Origin: Eledone cirrhosa
Lineage: Eukaryota
Reading direction: 5' to 3'
DNA length: 64,000 bases
Assembly (NCBI GenBank): GCA_964016885.1
Contig: OZ024743.1
Location: 260,586,001-260,650,000 of the forward strand
Shown here: in pieces, positions 15,393-28,822 of the stretch
Layout: the number at the start of each line of letters is the position of its first letter
How positions within the stretch are numbered: the first letter of the stretch is position 1
Made by a program: the position numbers and the translations under genes
Notes under the pieces: generated by a model
The model's input: only the letters and a program-made list of their open reading frames with translations
What the model was told of the DNA's origin: nothing
The model's database searches: none

Positions 15393-16669
15393 CAAAGTTT
15401 GTTTTATAAATATTGACATACCTAGGAATGATACCTTAACGGTTCAAGTTTCGCCTGGATAGTGAAAGGAAAGAGAGAAAAAGGGAAAAGGGGAAGAAAG
15501 GAAAAAACAAATATTTCAAATTATTTTGATGAATATGCAAATGAAATTGAAGCGTAGTGCAAAATCGTTACTCTTCGACTCTAGGTAGATTTAAATAATC
15601 ATTAGGATATATATGTATATATAGGAAAAAGAAAGAAAGAAAAGCTTGTATTTATATTATTACAGTGTACGTGAATTTACAAAATTGAAACGTTAAAATT
15701 TAAAAGTTTGTTGAAGTGGTGGAATATCAATACAGAATTTAAAAAATATATTTAGCTAAATCATGAGTTATAATATTATATATATAATCCTTACAATTAG
15801 ATTATATGAAGATTTATCGTTGTAAGTACATTTTATCTTATTATATTACAACAGGTTGTAAGTATATAAATATCTATATAGATTAATAAGTGTATATTAT
15901 TGGTGATTATATGCTGTTATTTTTATAGATATATAACACATATCTATTTGTTTACATTTATAATATGAGTTACAAAGGATGTTGATTATACATTTTAAAT
16001 ATAGTTAAGAAAAAGACGTAGTTAAGAGAAAAACATTGTGTAGATTCAAATAGTTTCATAAAAAATTGAAAATATTTACAGAACATTATTAAGTTAGCGA
16101 AATTACATAGAATTTAACAGACAAGTTATTATGTCCATGTTTGCTCAATTGTAAAGGAAAAGGTAACTCCAATATTATTTGTTAAACTATTAATATTAGA
16201 TTTAATGAATTTCTTAGAAAATGCGGAAAGTATGTAGAGAAAATTATATATTATTTTGTGTGAGATTATAAGGTATTTTATATTACATGTTTTCAAGGAT
16301 GAGAATTTCAATTATATATATATTTAGATACTATCTATGTCAAAAGATGTGTGAAAAGTGTGAATATTAAACAGAAGAAAAATATATTATTGGATAAGTC
16401 AAGAGTGCATTTAGAAGAACTATCGTAAAGAGGATATCTTTCAGAATATCAATGAAAAGGTATCAATCTAAAAGAATACATTTAGAATTGTATCATTAGG
16501 AAAAGAATATCATTGGTAAAAATATTAATTTAAGAAGAAAAAGATCATTTAAAAAATGTTTCTAATTTTTTTTAAATTTAAAAAAAAAACATCACTAAAC
16601 CACAGAAGCATTTTAAAGACATATAAGATGTAGTAAATTGTAATGAATATTATAGATTTAAAATACTTC

Positions 16670-18100
16670 GGAAAGTTATTATTTGGCGATGTCTCCAAGA
16701 AGTGAATAATTCGCGTTTTAAATTAATAGAATTTTGACAGTTAAGTATATAAAAAATGTCCTCGATACACGATTCTTGAGAAAGCCATATTTCGGTATGC
16801 AGGTGCTTTCTAAATCGTTCCCCAAGATATTGAATAGTCTATATTATTGTCCTTTAAATACCAAATTAGATGTGAAAGTGAAGTGGAAGATTTTTTATCG
16901 GACCTATTAAATGTATGTTTGTGATTATACCAGCGTTCTTTGAATTTTGTAGAAGTCGCACCTATATAGTTAAATATTTTGTCTCTAGTTTTTACTGTGC
17001 ATTTATATATTAAGTTTTTATCTAAGCAATTGTTTTATAAAGGACAGTTTGATTCAATTCTACAGTTACATTTCGGGAGTTGTTGTTACTAATAGTATGA
17101 ATATTGTTATTAGAAATATTATTATTGTTATCTTGATTTGTTTGGTTAGGGTTAAAATTTAAGTTTCTATTATTAATTCTAATTATATTTTGTGCTATGT
17201 TCATAGTAGTAGAGTAAGATAGTTTTATAGTGTGTCTGTTAAAAATAGAGTGGTATCTGTGGGCTTTAGGAAAACACTTATCCAGTGCTTTGAAAAATAG
17301 TTTTGCTAAAGGTGTTTTATCACCTAATGAGAATGGAGGAGAGTACCAAATAATATTTCTAGTTCTAGTTTTTTTGTTTGGTTTACTATTTAAGTTTAAT
17401 TGCTTATTATTATTATTATAATGAATTTTAGGATGATTTAGCATGTTATTGTTATATAAGTATTTAATTTTATCCGAGTATCTAACTCTATGTAAAGCCT
17501 CATTGTAATATTCTGCCTTATTATCAAAAATATTTTTATTAGCTGAGATGCGTTGCTGGACACTATTGGCAATAGTATTTTTTATATTTCTAGGATGATT
17601 AGAATTGAAACTTACGTAATTTAGATTTTCATTTATTTTATGGAAAGGATAATAAAGACCTGAGCTAAGGTTTAAAGTTACATCTAAGAAGTTAACGATT
17701 TTATAATTATTCTCGATTTCTAAATTAAGGTTGTAGTTGTTGAAAAACTGTATTATGGATTTATTTTTCCTATTAATTTCACTATTGCTATGGTTTTCGA
17801 TTAAAAGTAACATATCGTCACGATATAAACCTCCGGTCATCTCTGGCATTTTTCTATGATGTACATTAATAATAAATAATCCAACGAGGTCTGTTACTTG
17901 AGCTGAATTAGATGATCCCAGAGTAATATCAAAATTGTTTTGTCTATCAGCTCTTGTCCGGAGATGGTTATTAAATTCTATTAGGGTTTTACGTGCGGTT
18001 AGAATGATATTCATTTCTTCACTAGATATGTTTGTATGTTTAGAAGCGTAAATAAGTGCCTTATTAAGTAAGCTAGGAGTAATAAAGGAGTAGTTTAGGT
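16670..18100 (-). pseudogene. Penelope-like RT plus frameshifted GIY-YIG
   Basis: ORF 17022-18014 has FDITLGS, GLYRDD, NFLDVTLNL, SNHP, WYSPPF. A shifted frame continues with YIGATSTKFKERWYNH. Confidence 0.85.
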
Positions 18101-18140
18101 ATCAATCCTGGATATGTCAATATTTATAAAACATACTTTG

Positions 18141-18201
18141 TATTTTATCTGATGAGAGCGTACCAAAGTTTTGATACCCTTGAAATATATATAATAGAAT
18201 A
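18141..18201 (+). ncRNA. Minimal type I hammerhead ribozyme
   Basis: TATTTTAT-CTGATGA-GAGCGTACCAAAgTTTTGATACCCTT-GAAA-TATATA-TA-ATAGAATA. Confidence 0.78.
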
Positions 18202-18462
18202 AATATAGTTTTCTAAATATAGTTTCCATTTATTAATATCATTGATATTATACACCAGAAAAACTGTCGAGTGCTTCGAATCTGTTATAAATATATTTGT
18301 TGAATTACCAACAAATTAAATATCCCTTTGCTTATATATATATATATATACTAGTGTACTATTATACTCTGCTCTGCGCGAGCATCGAGTGCTCACCCGG
18401 CATACCGCCAACTGACTCTCAATTTGCTTGCTCCTGTACAGCTATATATATATATATATATA

Positions 18463-18581
<119 letters not shown>

Positions 18582-20055
18582 TTTTTAAGCAAACAAGAGT
18601 GAATCATTCGCTCTTAAAAAGGGAAATATATTACGAAAGAGAAAAGTCGTACAACTTGTAATCACCATCAATATATTACTGGGACTTTTAAATATCCGAA
18701 GCGGTGGAGTGGGTCTTATTGTGTTATGACCTGACAAATGATTTGGCATAAGTAAAACTATTTTATTCGGTAAAATAAGACACATTACTAGGAGGAGAAA
18801 AACACTGTAGAGCTTGCCCCCGGCGCTAACTCTCCAAGTGTCGTCTTTGCTTGTTATTGTTAAGCCCCAAGTCTGGCTGGATCCAACATCTGACTTGTGG
18901 CATTCAAGCAATGATCGTCCCTTTTTTTCTTTTTATTTCGGGAATTGTGTACCTAGGACTACATCAGAATGTGGTCCTTTTTTAAGACGTTATTTATATT
19001 TTACTGGATATTCGCATGTTAAAACCACGGCAAGTCTTCCCCATGAGCTAGTGGTGATAAATTAGTGTTAAACAGTGTTGAGATCCGGGCGTCCAGTGAA
19101 TCTATGCAATGCCAGAAACGTCAAGACTTCCAGTAATGTTATGGCCACCACTATAGAAAGCACTGGTGCATAAATGATACCAAATCATCCACTGATGAAC
19201 ATTCAACCACTGGTGGAGCTGAAGGAACGCCTTCATGATCAATTTTAACCTAGCAAAGGCCATCCCTTACTAGGTCTGAAAACAGCTAATTTCTTTTAGA
19301 AGACAAGAAAGGGTGAGAGAGAGAAAGAGAGAGGGAGAGAGGATGAGAGAGAATGTGTGTGCATGTGTGTGTGTATGTGCGTATGTGTGTGTGTGTGTAA
19401 GGCTGAGAGGGCCGGAGAGAGAAAAAGAGAAAGATGAAGAATAGGTCCCATTACAGGATTGGTATTTTATTTATAGACCTCGAAAGTATAAAAGGCAAAG
19501 TTGGTCTCAACAAGATTTGAATCCAGTACTCAGAGAGCCAGAACAAATACTGTAATGTATTCTATCTGACGTTCAAACGACTCTGTCGATTCGTCGCCTT
19601 ATAAATGATAAATGCAACTTCACCAACTTGCATTACAAAAACACATTACAAAAACACATTTCCCGTTACTTGAAAATCCTAGATACTGGAGTTAGCTTAA
19701 ATAAATAAATTTTCCAAGAAAGAATCGCTGGATAGATTTTACAGGTGAAACCATCTGTCAAGACAGCCAGGAGTAGACTCCGAACAAAACATATCTCCTC
19801 ACTTACCACTAACCATTGTCTCGTTCATTCGTCTTAATGTCTTCCATATCATTTAGTCATTGGGTTAAAACTAACCAACATTTTCCTTTCTACCCGTTAT
19901 TTTGATATTTTGAATGTGTTTTCGTTTTCAGCTCTAACTGACCGTCATCGTCACGTATTGCATGCACGACTTAAATGTCGTACATTTAATTCTAAAACAT
20001 AAGTTTCGTTCTGTTATGGTTTTAATATTCCGAGGAAAGTGTTTGGTTACTTTGT

Positions 20056-20100
<45 letters not shown>

Positions 20101-20154
20101 GCGCGGGCGCACGCGCGCGCACACACCGTCCCCTCAATCTATCTTATTTCTCAT

Positions 20155-20195
20155 TCTTTCTTCTGATGAAGGACTATTGTCCGAAACGTTAATAC
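20155..20195 (+). ncRNA. Degenerate minimal hammerhead-like motif (also ~34339-34366)
   Basis: CTGATGA-aGGACtattGTCC-GAAACGTT. Stem I does not pair well. Confidence 0.35.
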
Positions 20196-20278
20196 CCTCT
20201 TCCTGCTATATCAAACGTTAACCTAATATATCCCTTCCATATACTGTACAGATTGTGTTGTTATTTCGGTTTACCTTT

Positions 20279-20309
<31 letters not shown>

Positions 20310-20417
20310 TTGAACTTTGACCGCCAAATACCGGGGGTTACCTCCCTTTCGGAAAACCATGTGACCACCAGCAGTGTTTACTGCTAAAATTCACTACCCG
20401 CGCGGCTGAGAATGGAT

Positions 20418-20553
20418 ACCTGTTGAGAAAGTGAATCCTCTGTTCGAACTTCCAAAACCAATAACTTGCATGCCCCGCAAGTGGATTTTGTTGATTTCGG
20501 ATTCACAGAAACCTAGCGGAGATATTGCATAATATCGACGCGATGGTCCAGGT
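20418..20553 (+). ncRNA. Variant hammerhead (UUGAGAA core) with extended stems II and III
   Basis: ACCTG-TTGAGAA-aGTGAATCC...GGATTCACa-GAAA-CC...(GCG/CGC, GATATT/AATATC)...GG-TC-CAGGT. Confidence 0.78.
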
Positions 20554-20755
20554 TTGTCAAATTATCCTGAGTCAGTTTTCTCGTTGCTTGGTCCCTGCGG
20601 CTGGCTTACCGGTCGCAATCTTCAATTTGCAAAGCTGTGTAAACGTAATGTTATTACTCTAAGGTAAAATACCTTATTGAGTGCTTAACTGCACATTCCG
20701 ATTGCATTCGTTAGCTTAGCTGCAGCCAGAGCTTCGATTATGCTGTACTTCCATT

Positions 20756-20857
<102 letters not shown>

Positions 20858-20888
20858 TTTAATTACATAATAAATAACACAATATAAT

Positions 20889-20962
20889 TATTCCATTACC
20901 AAAGGTTTCAGGAAACTAGACGATCCTTACAAAAACGTCCAGCTCGTTCATCAGATAAAATA
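20889..20962 (-). ncRNA. Canonical type I hammerhead ribozyme
   Basis: Minus strand: TATTTTAT-CTGATGA-ACGAGCTGGACG...CGTCTAGTTTCCT-GAAA-CCtttGG-TA-ATGGAATA. Confidence 0.8.
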
Positions 20963-21150
20963 GTCATGTTTTTTATATAAGATTTGAAATTAATATCTTT
21001 TTAAAATGAAAGAGAGTTAAACACACACACAGACACACACACACATATATATATATAGAGAGAGAGAGAGAAAATTGAGGTTGGTAATGGCACATGGAAT
21101 ATATAAGAGACAGAATACTTTTTTGTGAAAAAACATATAATTTTATAATC

Positions 21151-21198
21151 AACATTTGAAAAGATGGCTTTTGCAGACCCATCGAAACCGGTCATTTT
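21151..21198 (+). ncRNA. Minimal variant hammerhead (UUGAAAA core) between inverted arms 21067-21143 / 21229-21305
   Basis: AACAT-TTGAAAA-GATGG...CCATC-GAAA-CCGG-TC-ATTTT. Confidence 0.68.
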
Positions 21199-21340
21199 TT
21201 ATACCCTTTATTATTTCCTTACCTTATGAAATTATATGTTTTTTCACAAAAAAGTATTCTGTCTCTTATATATTCCATGTGCCATTACCAACCTCAATTT
21301 TCTCTATAACCTTCGTTTTGTGTAGTAAATTACACTTTTC

Positions 21341-22125
<785 letters not shown>

Positions 22126-22324
22126 TGTATGTGCCCATCAGTATGCAATGCATGTGTGCGTTTATGTATGTGTGTGTGTCGGCACGTTTATATCTATAGA
22201 CATCAAAAGGTATGCAAATTTGTGTATATTTGTGTTGCACCATAGAACATGTGTGTTTACGTATGTCATTGTGTTTATATGTGGGTAGAGATGTGTGCTG
22301 ATGTAGGTATGTATGTTGACGTGT

Positions 22325-23660
22325 GTATGTTGTTAATAAAGTAAGATTCCTTGCTGATGCGCTGGGTGTGGGTGGCATTATCTTTAAATTTGTAGAAGGG
22401 AAAGATTCTGAAGTTGGGGTGATTTTGGGCGGCACAGGTATCAATGTGTTCACTCAGTGGTATTTTCCTGTATTCCCTTATTTTAATTTGGGATCTATGG
22501 ACACTCATGCGTTGGCGGAGGCTGATTTTGGTCTGGCCTATGTATTGTTCTCGACAACATGAGCAAGTTAATACATATATTAGATTTTCCGATGCACATG
22601 TGAAATTGTGTTTTACTATAAAACGTTGTCCTTCTTTGAAATAGAATTCCGAACCCTCTATTAGGTTGATGCAAATGCCACAGTTGGGTCTATCGCATTT
22701 CTTTACTGTGGGTTTCGTTGTTGTGGTTGGCAGTACTTTGGCATGTGTTAGGATGTTTTTCATTGACTTAGATTGTCTTTTGCTCTTTATGATATCGTGT
22801 GTTCGTAGGATTTGGTTCATTCTATGGTCCTTTTTCAACACAGGGATGTTCTGGAGGATAGTGTCAAAGGCCTCATTGTTGAGGGGGTTGTGTGTGGAGA
22901 TGTATGGAAGAGCTTTCAGTTTCGGTTGATTTACTTTAGGCTGTCTAAGGTCCTGGGTACTGAGTTTTAGGGCACGTTGGATTCCATTGTCAATTAATGA
23001 TGCAGGGTAGTCGCTGCCTATGAGTGTGTCCTTTAGTTCTTGTAGCCGTAAGTAGCAGGTGTTTTTTATTGGAGACTATAGTACAGATTCTCTTGGCTAA
23101 GTTGTAGGGAATATTAATTTTAACGTGTCTAGGGTCGCAAGAGTTGAAAGGAAGATATTGCTTGGAGTCTGTGGGCTTGTAGTATATGTCTGTTTCTATT
23201 TTTTTGTCATGGATCTTAATGAGGATGTTGAGGAAGGGGAGTTGTTGATGGCTGTATTCCATCGTGAAGTTAATATTCGTGTTGAGCCCATTTATAAGGG
23301 TGTGAAATTCTTTAAGTTTCTCGATGTTTTCGTGCCAAAGGATGAAGCAGTCATCTAGATATCGCTTCCAGTTCCTTTCTATGTGTAAGTGGAGAGTGTT
23401 TCCAAATTTGTTTAGGACTTTAGTGTAGAGGGTGATTTCCAGGTATCCCATGACTAGGTTGGCATAAGTGGGGCTGTTTTCGTTCCCATAGCGGTCCCAG
23501 ATTTCTGCCTGTAGGGTTTGTTATTGAAAACGAAGTAATTGTTCTCGAAGATAAATTTGAGTCCCTCTATCACGAATTCTTTTTTGATGCGTTGTGGGAG
23601 TTCATATCCAGCCAGAATTGGATAGCTTCTATTCCTAGGTTGTGGGGGATGTTGGAGTAT
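22325..23660 (-). pseudogene. Penelope-like RT + GIY-YIG, frameshifted
   Basis: SGTAMGTKTAP, WKRYLDDCF, LPFLNI, YYKPTD, KKCDRPNCGIC, LIYVLTCSCCREQYIGQT. Confidence 0.88.
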
Positions 23661-24480
23661 AGGTTGCAACACAAATATACACAAATTTGCATACCTTTTG
23701 ATGTCTATAGATATAAACGTGCCGACACACACACATAAATAAACGCACACATGCATTGCACACTGATGGGCACATACATTTTTGTGCACAGGTATTCCAA
23801 TACGGCAAAGCCTAATGAATTCCCCTTGCAGTACGTGCAATCTGGACACACTCCAGATACATATTTGTACACAGGTATACAATTTCTGGACACACTCCAG
23901 ATACATGTGTACAGTTTGTGCACAAGTGTACAATTTGTGCACAGGTATACAATTTCTGGACACACTCCAGATACATATTTGTGCCCAGGTATTGCAATAT
24001 GGCAAAACCTTACAACCTGGACACACTCCAGATACATATTTGTGCACAGGTATACAATTTCTGGACACACTTCAGATACATGCGTACAGTTTGTGCACAA
24101 GTGTACAATTTGTGCACAGGTATACAATTTCTGGATACACTCCAGATACATATTTGTGCACAGGTATTCCAATACGGCAAGGCCTAAGGGATCCCCCTTT
24201 CAGTACGTACAATCTGGACACACACACACACTCACACACACCTTGGTATTATGCCAATACTATATATCATTTCACATCTTTTATTACTAAGGTTTTTGAT
24301 GTTCTATTGAGAGAATCGATTTTACTGAAAATATCGAATAATGTACACCATTTTACCAGGAAAAAAATACTGGTCCACCCACACACACACACATTCTCAC
24401 ACACACACACTCATATATACACACACACTCATATATACACACACACATACACACGCGTACATTAACATACAAAGAGACAT

Positions 24481-24562
<82 letters not shown>

Positions 24563-24708
24563 ACACACACATACACACACTTCTCAGTATAAGACAAGGG
24601 CTGAAAAATATATTTTAACATGTTAAAATATCCCCCACTCACTTACAGACACATGCTTACTGACCATCCCTCTACCACGAATTACTATGCTACACACACA
24701 CACACACA

Positions 24709-24742
<34 letters not shown>

Positions 24743-25102
24743 TCTTAATAGGCATTTGAACTGTCAACAGGCTGCGGTTCGCACACACATCCCTGCTGAC
24801 CATTATCACAACAACGAACACTTTACTACTACTACACACACACACACACACATATTTGTTGTGAAAGAGTCATTTCTCAGTCAGCCGACACAAAACTACA
24901 TTTGGCGCAAAATCAATTTTTTACATTCACATGACCTCTACCGACCAATCAAAATTGTTTTGACCACAAGAATTTTTGCAACACGAATTGGCGCAAAACT
25001 TATTTTAATACCGCTGGAGCCATTTTTTAACATAAAAACAGGTAGAATTCCCAAAACTAATCAGATCAGAGCAAACATCACGGACGCTCTATCTCAAAAT
25101 TA

Positions 25103-25138
25103 TTTTTGAAAAGCATTAGAAATGCGCAACCGGTAAAA
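25103..25138 (+). ncRNA. Minimal hammerhead-like variant (UUGAAAA ... GCAA)
   Basis: TTT-TTGAAAA-GCATTagaAATGC-GCAA-CCGG-TA-AAA. The same motif is at 36043-36078 (-). Confidence 0.5.
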
Positions 25139-25307
25139 CTTAAAACCAAAACTGAATACTAACCAATACAATTACTAATTCTCACTTATTCCTAATTAAA
25201 CTATTTTTCACTGTAAACAATTTGTCAGCATTTTCTATTCCGTTTACCAATATATATATATATGTGCGTTTTTCACCGCTAGTTGACTCCTTTGCCGCCA
25301 GGATAAA

Positions 25308-25442
25308 ACTCGTTGACAACGTAAACTCCATTCCACTTATTCTAGTAGGCTTTTATATTTATATGTGAGCTGATAGAGTACTGTCTAAGGATTTACAGAA
25401 ACCCATGAAGCTAGATTTAACACCTTTCTAGTGGGTCCGGGT
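25308..25442 (+). ncRNA. Variant type I hammerhead (UUGACAA core), array unit 1
   Basis: ACTCG-TTGACAA-cGTAAAcTCC...GGATTTACa-GAAA-CCCA...CTAGA/TCTAG...TGGG-TC-CGGGT. Stem I continues TAAAA/TTTTA past an ATGA bulge. Confidence 0.8.
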
Positions 25443-25921
25443 ATGATTTTACATTCATTTAAATTATTGACGTATGGTTTTTTGATATTTTTTATCTGTT
25501 TGGCCCGAATCTTCCTTTATCGATTTTAAATCGTATGGTTGATTGTAGACTTGTTCTATATGTGACGGTATTTTAACGATAGTTATAGCTCTGATTCATC
25601 TGAATTATTGAGCCCTCTGCCGCTCATATCGGATTTCGTTTTTCGTTAACTCGTGCGCCGATTTTTCGATACTCGATCTTTCTAATATATTTAGCTCTGG
25701 ACATAGCTATCCACCAGTTAATTTTATTGCTCATATTTTGTCGATTCTATTGAGTGATGAATAGCTTTTGTTTTATTTTAACATGTCTATTGAGCACTCT
25801 AATTCGATATGTGTATTTCCACATTCACTCGAATTATTTTCGCGGATATAGGGGTCATCTCCCTTGTCTAATGCTATGTGCGTTTTTCACCGCTAGTTGA
25901 CTCCTTTGCCGCCAGGATAAA

Positions 25922-26056
25922 ACTCGTTGACAACGTAAACTCCATTCCACTTATTCTAGTAGGCTTTTATATTTATATGTGAGCTGATAGAGTACTGTCT
26001 AAGGATTTACAGAAACCCATGAAGCTAGATTTAACACCTTTCTAGTGGGTCCGGGT
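25922..26056 (+). ncRNA. Variant hammerhead, array unit 2
   Basis: Same sequence as unit 1. Confidence 0.8.
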
Positions 26057-26536
26057 ATGATTTTACATTCATTTAAATTATTGACGTATTGTTTTTTTGA
26101 TATTTTTTATCTGTTTGGCCCGAATCTTCCTTTATCGATTTTAAATCGTATGGTTGATTGTAGACTTGTTCTATATGTGACGGTATTTTAACGATAGTTA
26201 TAGCTCTGATTCATCTGAATTATTGAGCCCTCTGCCGCTCATATCGGATTTCGTTTTTCGTTAACTCGTGCGCCGATTTTTCGATACTCGATCTTTCTAA
26301 TATATTTAGCTCTGGACATAGCTATCCACCAGTTAATTTTATTGCTCATATTTTGTCGATTCTATTGAGTGATGAATAGCTTTTGTTTTATTTTAACATG
26401 TCTATTGAGCACTCTAATTCGATATGTGTATTTCCACATTCACTCGAATTATTTTCGCGGATATAGGGGTCATCTCCCTTGTCTAATGCCATGTGCGTTT
26501 TTCACCGCTAGTTGACTCCTTTGCCGCCAGGATAAA

Positions 26537-26671
26537 ACTCGTTGACAACGTAAACTCCATTCCACTTATTCTAGTAGGCTTTTATATTTATATGTGAGCT
26601 GATAGAGTACTGTCTAAGGATTTACAGAAACCCATGAAGCTAGATTTAACACCTTTCTAGTGGGTCCGGGT
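26537..26671 (+). ncRNA. Variant hammerhead, array unit 3
   Basis: Same sequence as unit 1. Confidence 0.8.
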
Positions 26672-27151
26672 ATGATTTTACATTCATTTAAATTATTGAC
26701 GTATTGTTTTTTTGATATTTTTTATCTGTTTGGCCCGAATCTTCCTTTATCGATTTTAAATCGTATGGTTGATTGTAGACTTATTCTATATGTGACGGTA
26801 TTTTAACGATAGTTATAGCTCTGATTCATCTGAATTATTGAGCCCTCTGCCGCTCATATCGGATTTCGTTTTTCGTTAACTCGTGCGCCGATTTTTCGAT
26901 ACTCGATCTTTCTAATATATTTAGCTCTGGACATAGCTATCCACCAGTTAATTTTATTGCTCATATTTTGTCGATTCTATTGAGTGATGAATAGCTTTTG
27001 TTTTATTTTAACATGTCTATTGAGCACTCTAATTCGATATGTGTATTTCCACATTCACTCGAATTATTTTCGCGGATATAGGGGTCATCTCCCTTGTCTA
27101 ATGCCATGTGCGTTTTTCACCGCTAGTTGACTCCTTTGCCGCCAGGATAAA

Positions 27152-27286
27152 ACTCGTTGACAACGTAAACTCCATTCCACTTATTCTAGTAGGCTTTTAT
27201 ATTTATATGTGAGCTGATAGAGTACTGTCTAAGGATTTACAGAAACCCATGAAGCTAGATTTAACACCTTTCTAGTGGGTCCGGGT
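27152..27286 (+). ncRNA. Variant hammerhead, array unit 4
   Basis: Same sequence as unit 1. Confidence 0.8.
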
Positions 27287-27522
27287 ATGATTTTACATTC
27301 ATTTAAATTATTGACGTATTGTTTTTTGATATTTTTTATCTGTTTGGCCCGAATCTTCCTTTATCGATTTTAAATCGTATGGTTGATTGTAGACTTGTTC
27401 TATATGTGACGGTATTTTAACGATAGTTATAGCTCTGATTCATCTGAATTATTGAGCCCTCTGCCGCTCATATCGGATTTCGTTTTTCGTTAACTCGTGC
27501 GCCGATTTTTCGATACTCGATC

Positions 27523-27567
<45 letters not shown>

Positions 27568-27571
<4 letters not shown>

Positions 27572-27777
27572 GGTCGGCTGAAATGTCCATAGGCTGACTA
27601 TGAAGGATTGATGCTAGGGCTGTGAAATCTTGCATGCATTAATTTCAACACCTTCTTATTAATAACTTATTAATAACTGCATTGTTTCTTTCCAGGGACT
27701 ATGTTGAAAAATAAATCCCATTTAGTCATTCAATGAGAGTATCTTGATTAACCTATAAAGTTTTCAGCCATCCCTCC
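27568..27777. mobile_element. Mariner-type MITE
   Basis: Imperfect TIRs GAGGGTCGGCTGAAATGTCCATAGG / CCTATAAAGTTTTCAGCCATCCCTC, TA flanks. Confidence 0.7.
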
Positions 27778-27929
27778 TATATATAATATTAAGATGCTGA
27801 TTTATGTAACATCAGCATCTCTCTTAATGTTATTCTTATACTGAACCTCCATCGTAATTACAAATTACGAATGTAGAGAGCTTTCCTCTACTCGCCCCTG
27901 TTTTTACCAAAACAACTTCTACTGAATAT

Positions 27930-28097
27930 AGGCCAGCAATTATCCCAGTGTATTACTGGTACTTTATTTTATCGACCCCGTAAGGATGAAAGGCAAAGTT
28001 AACCTCGGCGGGATTTGAACTGATACCATAAAGGGCCGTAACTCTTTGCTGCAAAGCATGGCGTCCGTCCCTCTACCGATACTGTCAATTCACCGCA
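27930..28097 (-). mobile_element. SINE family A
   Basis: Matches 6076-6263. Confidence 0.85.
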
Positions 28098-28192
28098 TTA
28101 AAGGTTAATTAGTCTCTAATACTTAAACATCGACAAAGGAAACAGTATGTATTATATCTTATTCAATTTTTCTTAGCTCTTAAAAAATTAAA

Positions 28193-28274
28193 CTCTCCTG
28201 AAGAGTAGCGCGGATTCTTGAATTATTGGTGTTTCCACTAAGAATTCTTCCCCATACGAAACCATGGCAGGGAG
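28193..28274 (+). ncRNA. Type I hammerhead with a U16.1->C change
   Basis: CTCTC-CTGAAGA-GTA...TAC-GAAA-CCATGG-CA-GGGAG. Confidence 0.62.
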
Positions 28275-28381
28275 ATCTATATATAAGCGAGGTTAGATAG
28301 AATACTTTTTTGTCCATCTTGTTTGTACTCCCATAATTAGAGGGTTTTTTCACTAATTTTAATATATAATATATATATATA

Positions 28382-28812
28382 CAGGGTGTCCCCCAAAAAT
28401 GTATACACACTTCAACAACAACAACAAAATGCATGAAAATAAATTCTGTTTTATATGCATTATTGGCAGCATCGGTAGAGGGTCGGACGCCATGCTTTAC
28501 AGCATAGAGTTACGGCCCTTTATGATCTGAGTTCAAATCCCGCCGAGGTTAACATTGCCTTCCATCCTTACGGGGTCGATAAAATAAAGTACCAGTCAAG
28601 CACTGGGGTCGATTTAATCGACTTTCCCCTCCCCAAAAATTGCTGGCCTTGAGCCTATATAAGAAAACATTATTTAAATGATGTAAACATTTTTGGGTGT
28701 TTACATACAATTGAATTATATCTGTAGATCGTTTTATTTTGGGTAGAACGGCTATGCATTCTAATAAATATTGCCTGTACAGGTAATCAAAGTGTGTATA
28801 CATTTTTTGTAC
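28382..28812. mobile_element. Tc1/mariner-type MITE remnant carrying a SINE (28462-28670, +)
   Basis: TA|CAGGGTGTCCCCCAAAAATGTATACACACTT versus AAGTGTGTATACATTTTTTG. SINE family A inside. Confidence 0.55.
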
Positions 28813-28822
28813 ATATATATAT

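Larger units (their letters stand above)
15290..18330 (-). mobile_element. 5'-truncated Penelope-like element with an inverted terminal repeat (15292-15425 / 18108-18246)
   Basis: RT/GIY-YIG remnant on the minus strand, inverted arms with an HHR, and (TA)n flanks. Confidence 0.88.
25262..27530 (+). repeat. Tandem array of 614/615-bp units (~3.7 copies), each with a variant hammerhead (retrozyme-like)
   Basis: Units start at 25262, 25876, 26491 and 27106, are nearly identical, and have (TA)n on both flanks. Confidence 0.95.

Noticed and set aside
18351-18445. Possible Helitron 3' end on the minus strand (hairpins + CTAG)
   Set aside because: Only ~90 bp and no 5' end found, so too weak to call.
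25370-25401. CTGATAGA...GAAA as the hammerhead core of the 614-bp unit
   Set aside because: It needs insertions and gives no stem I. The upstream TTGACAA core gives all three stems.
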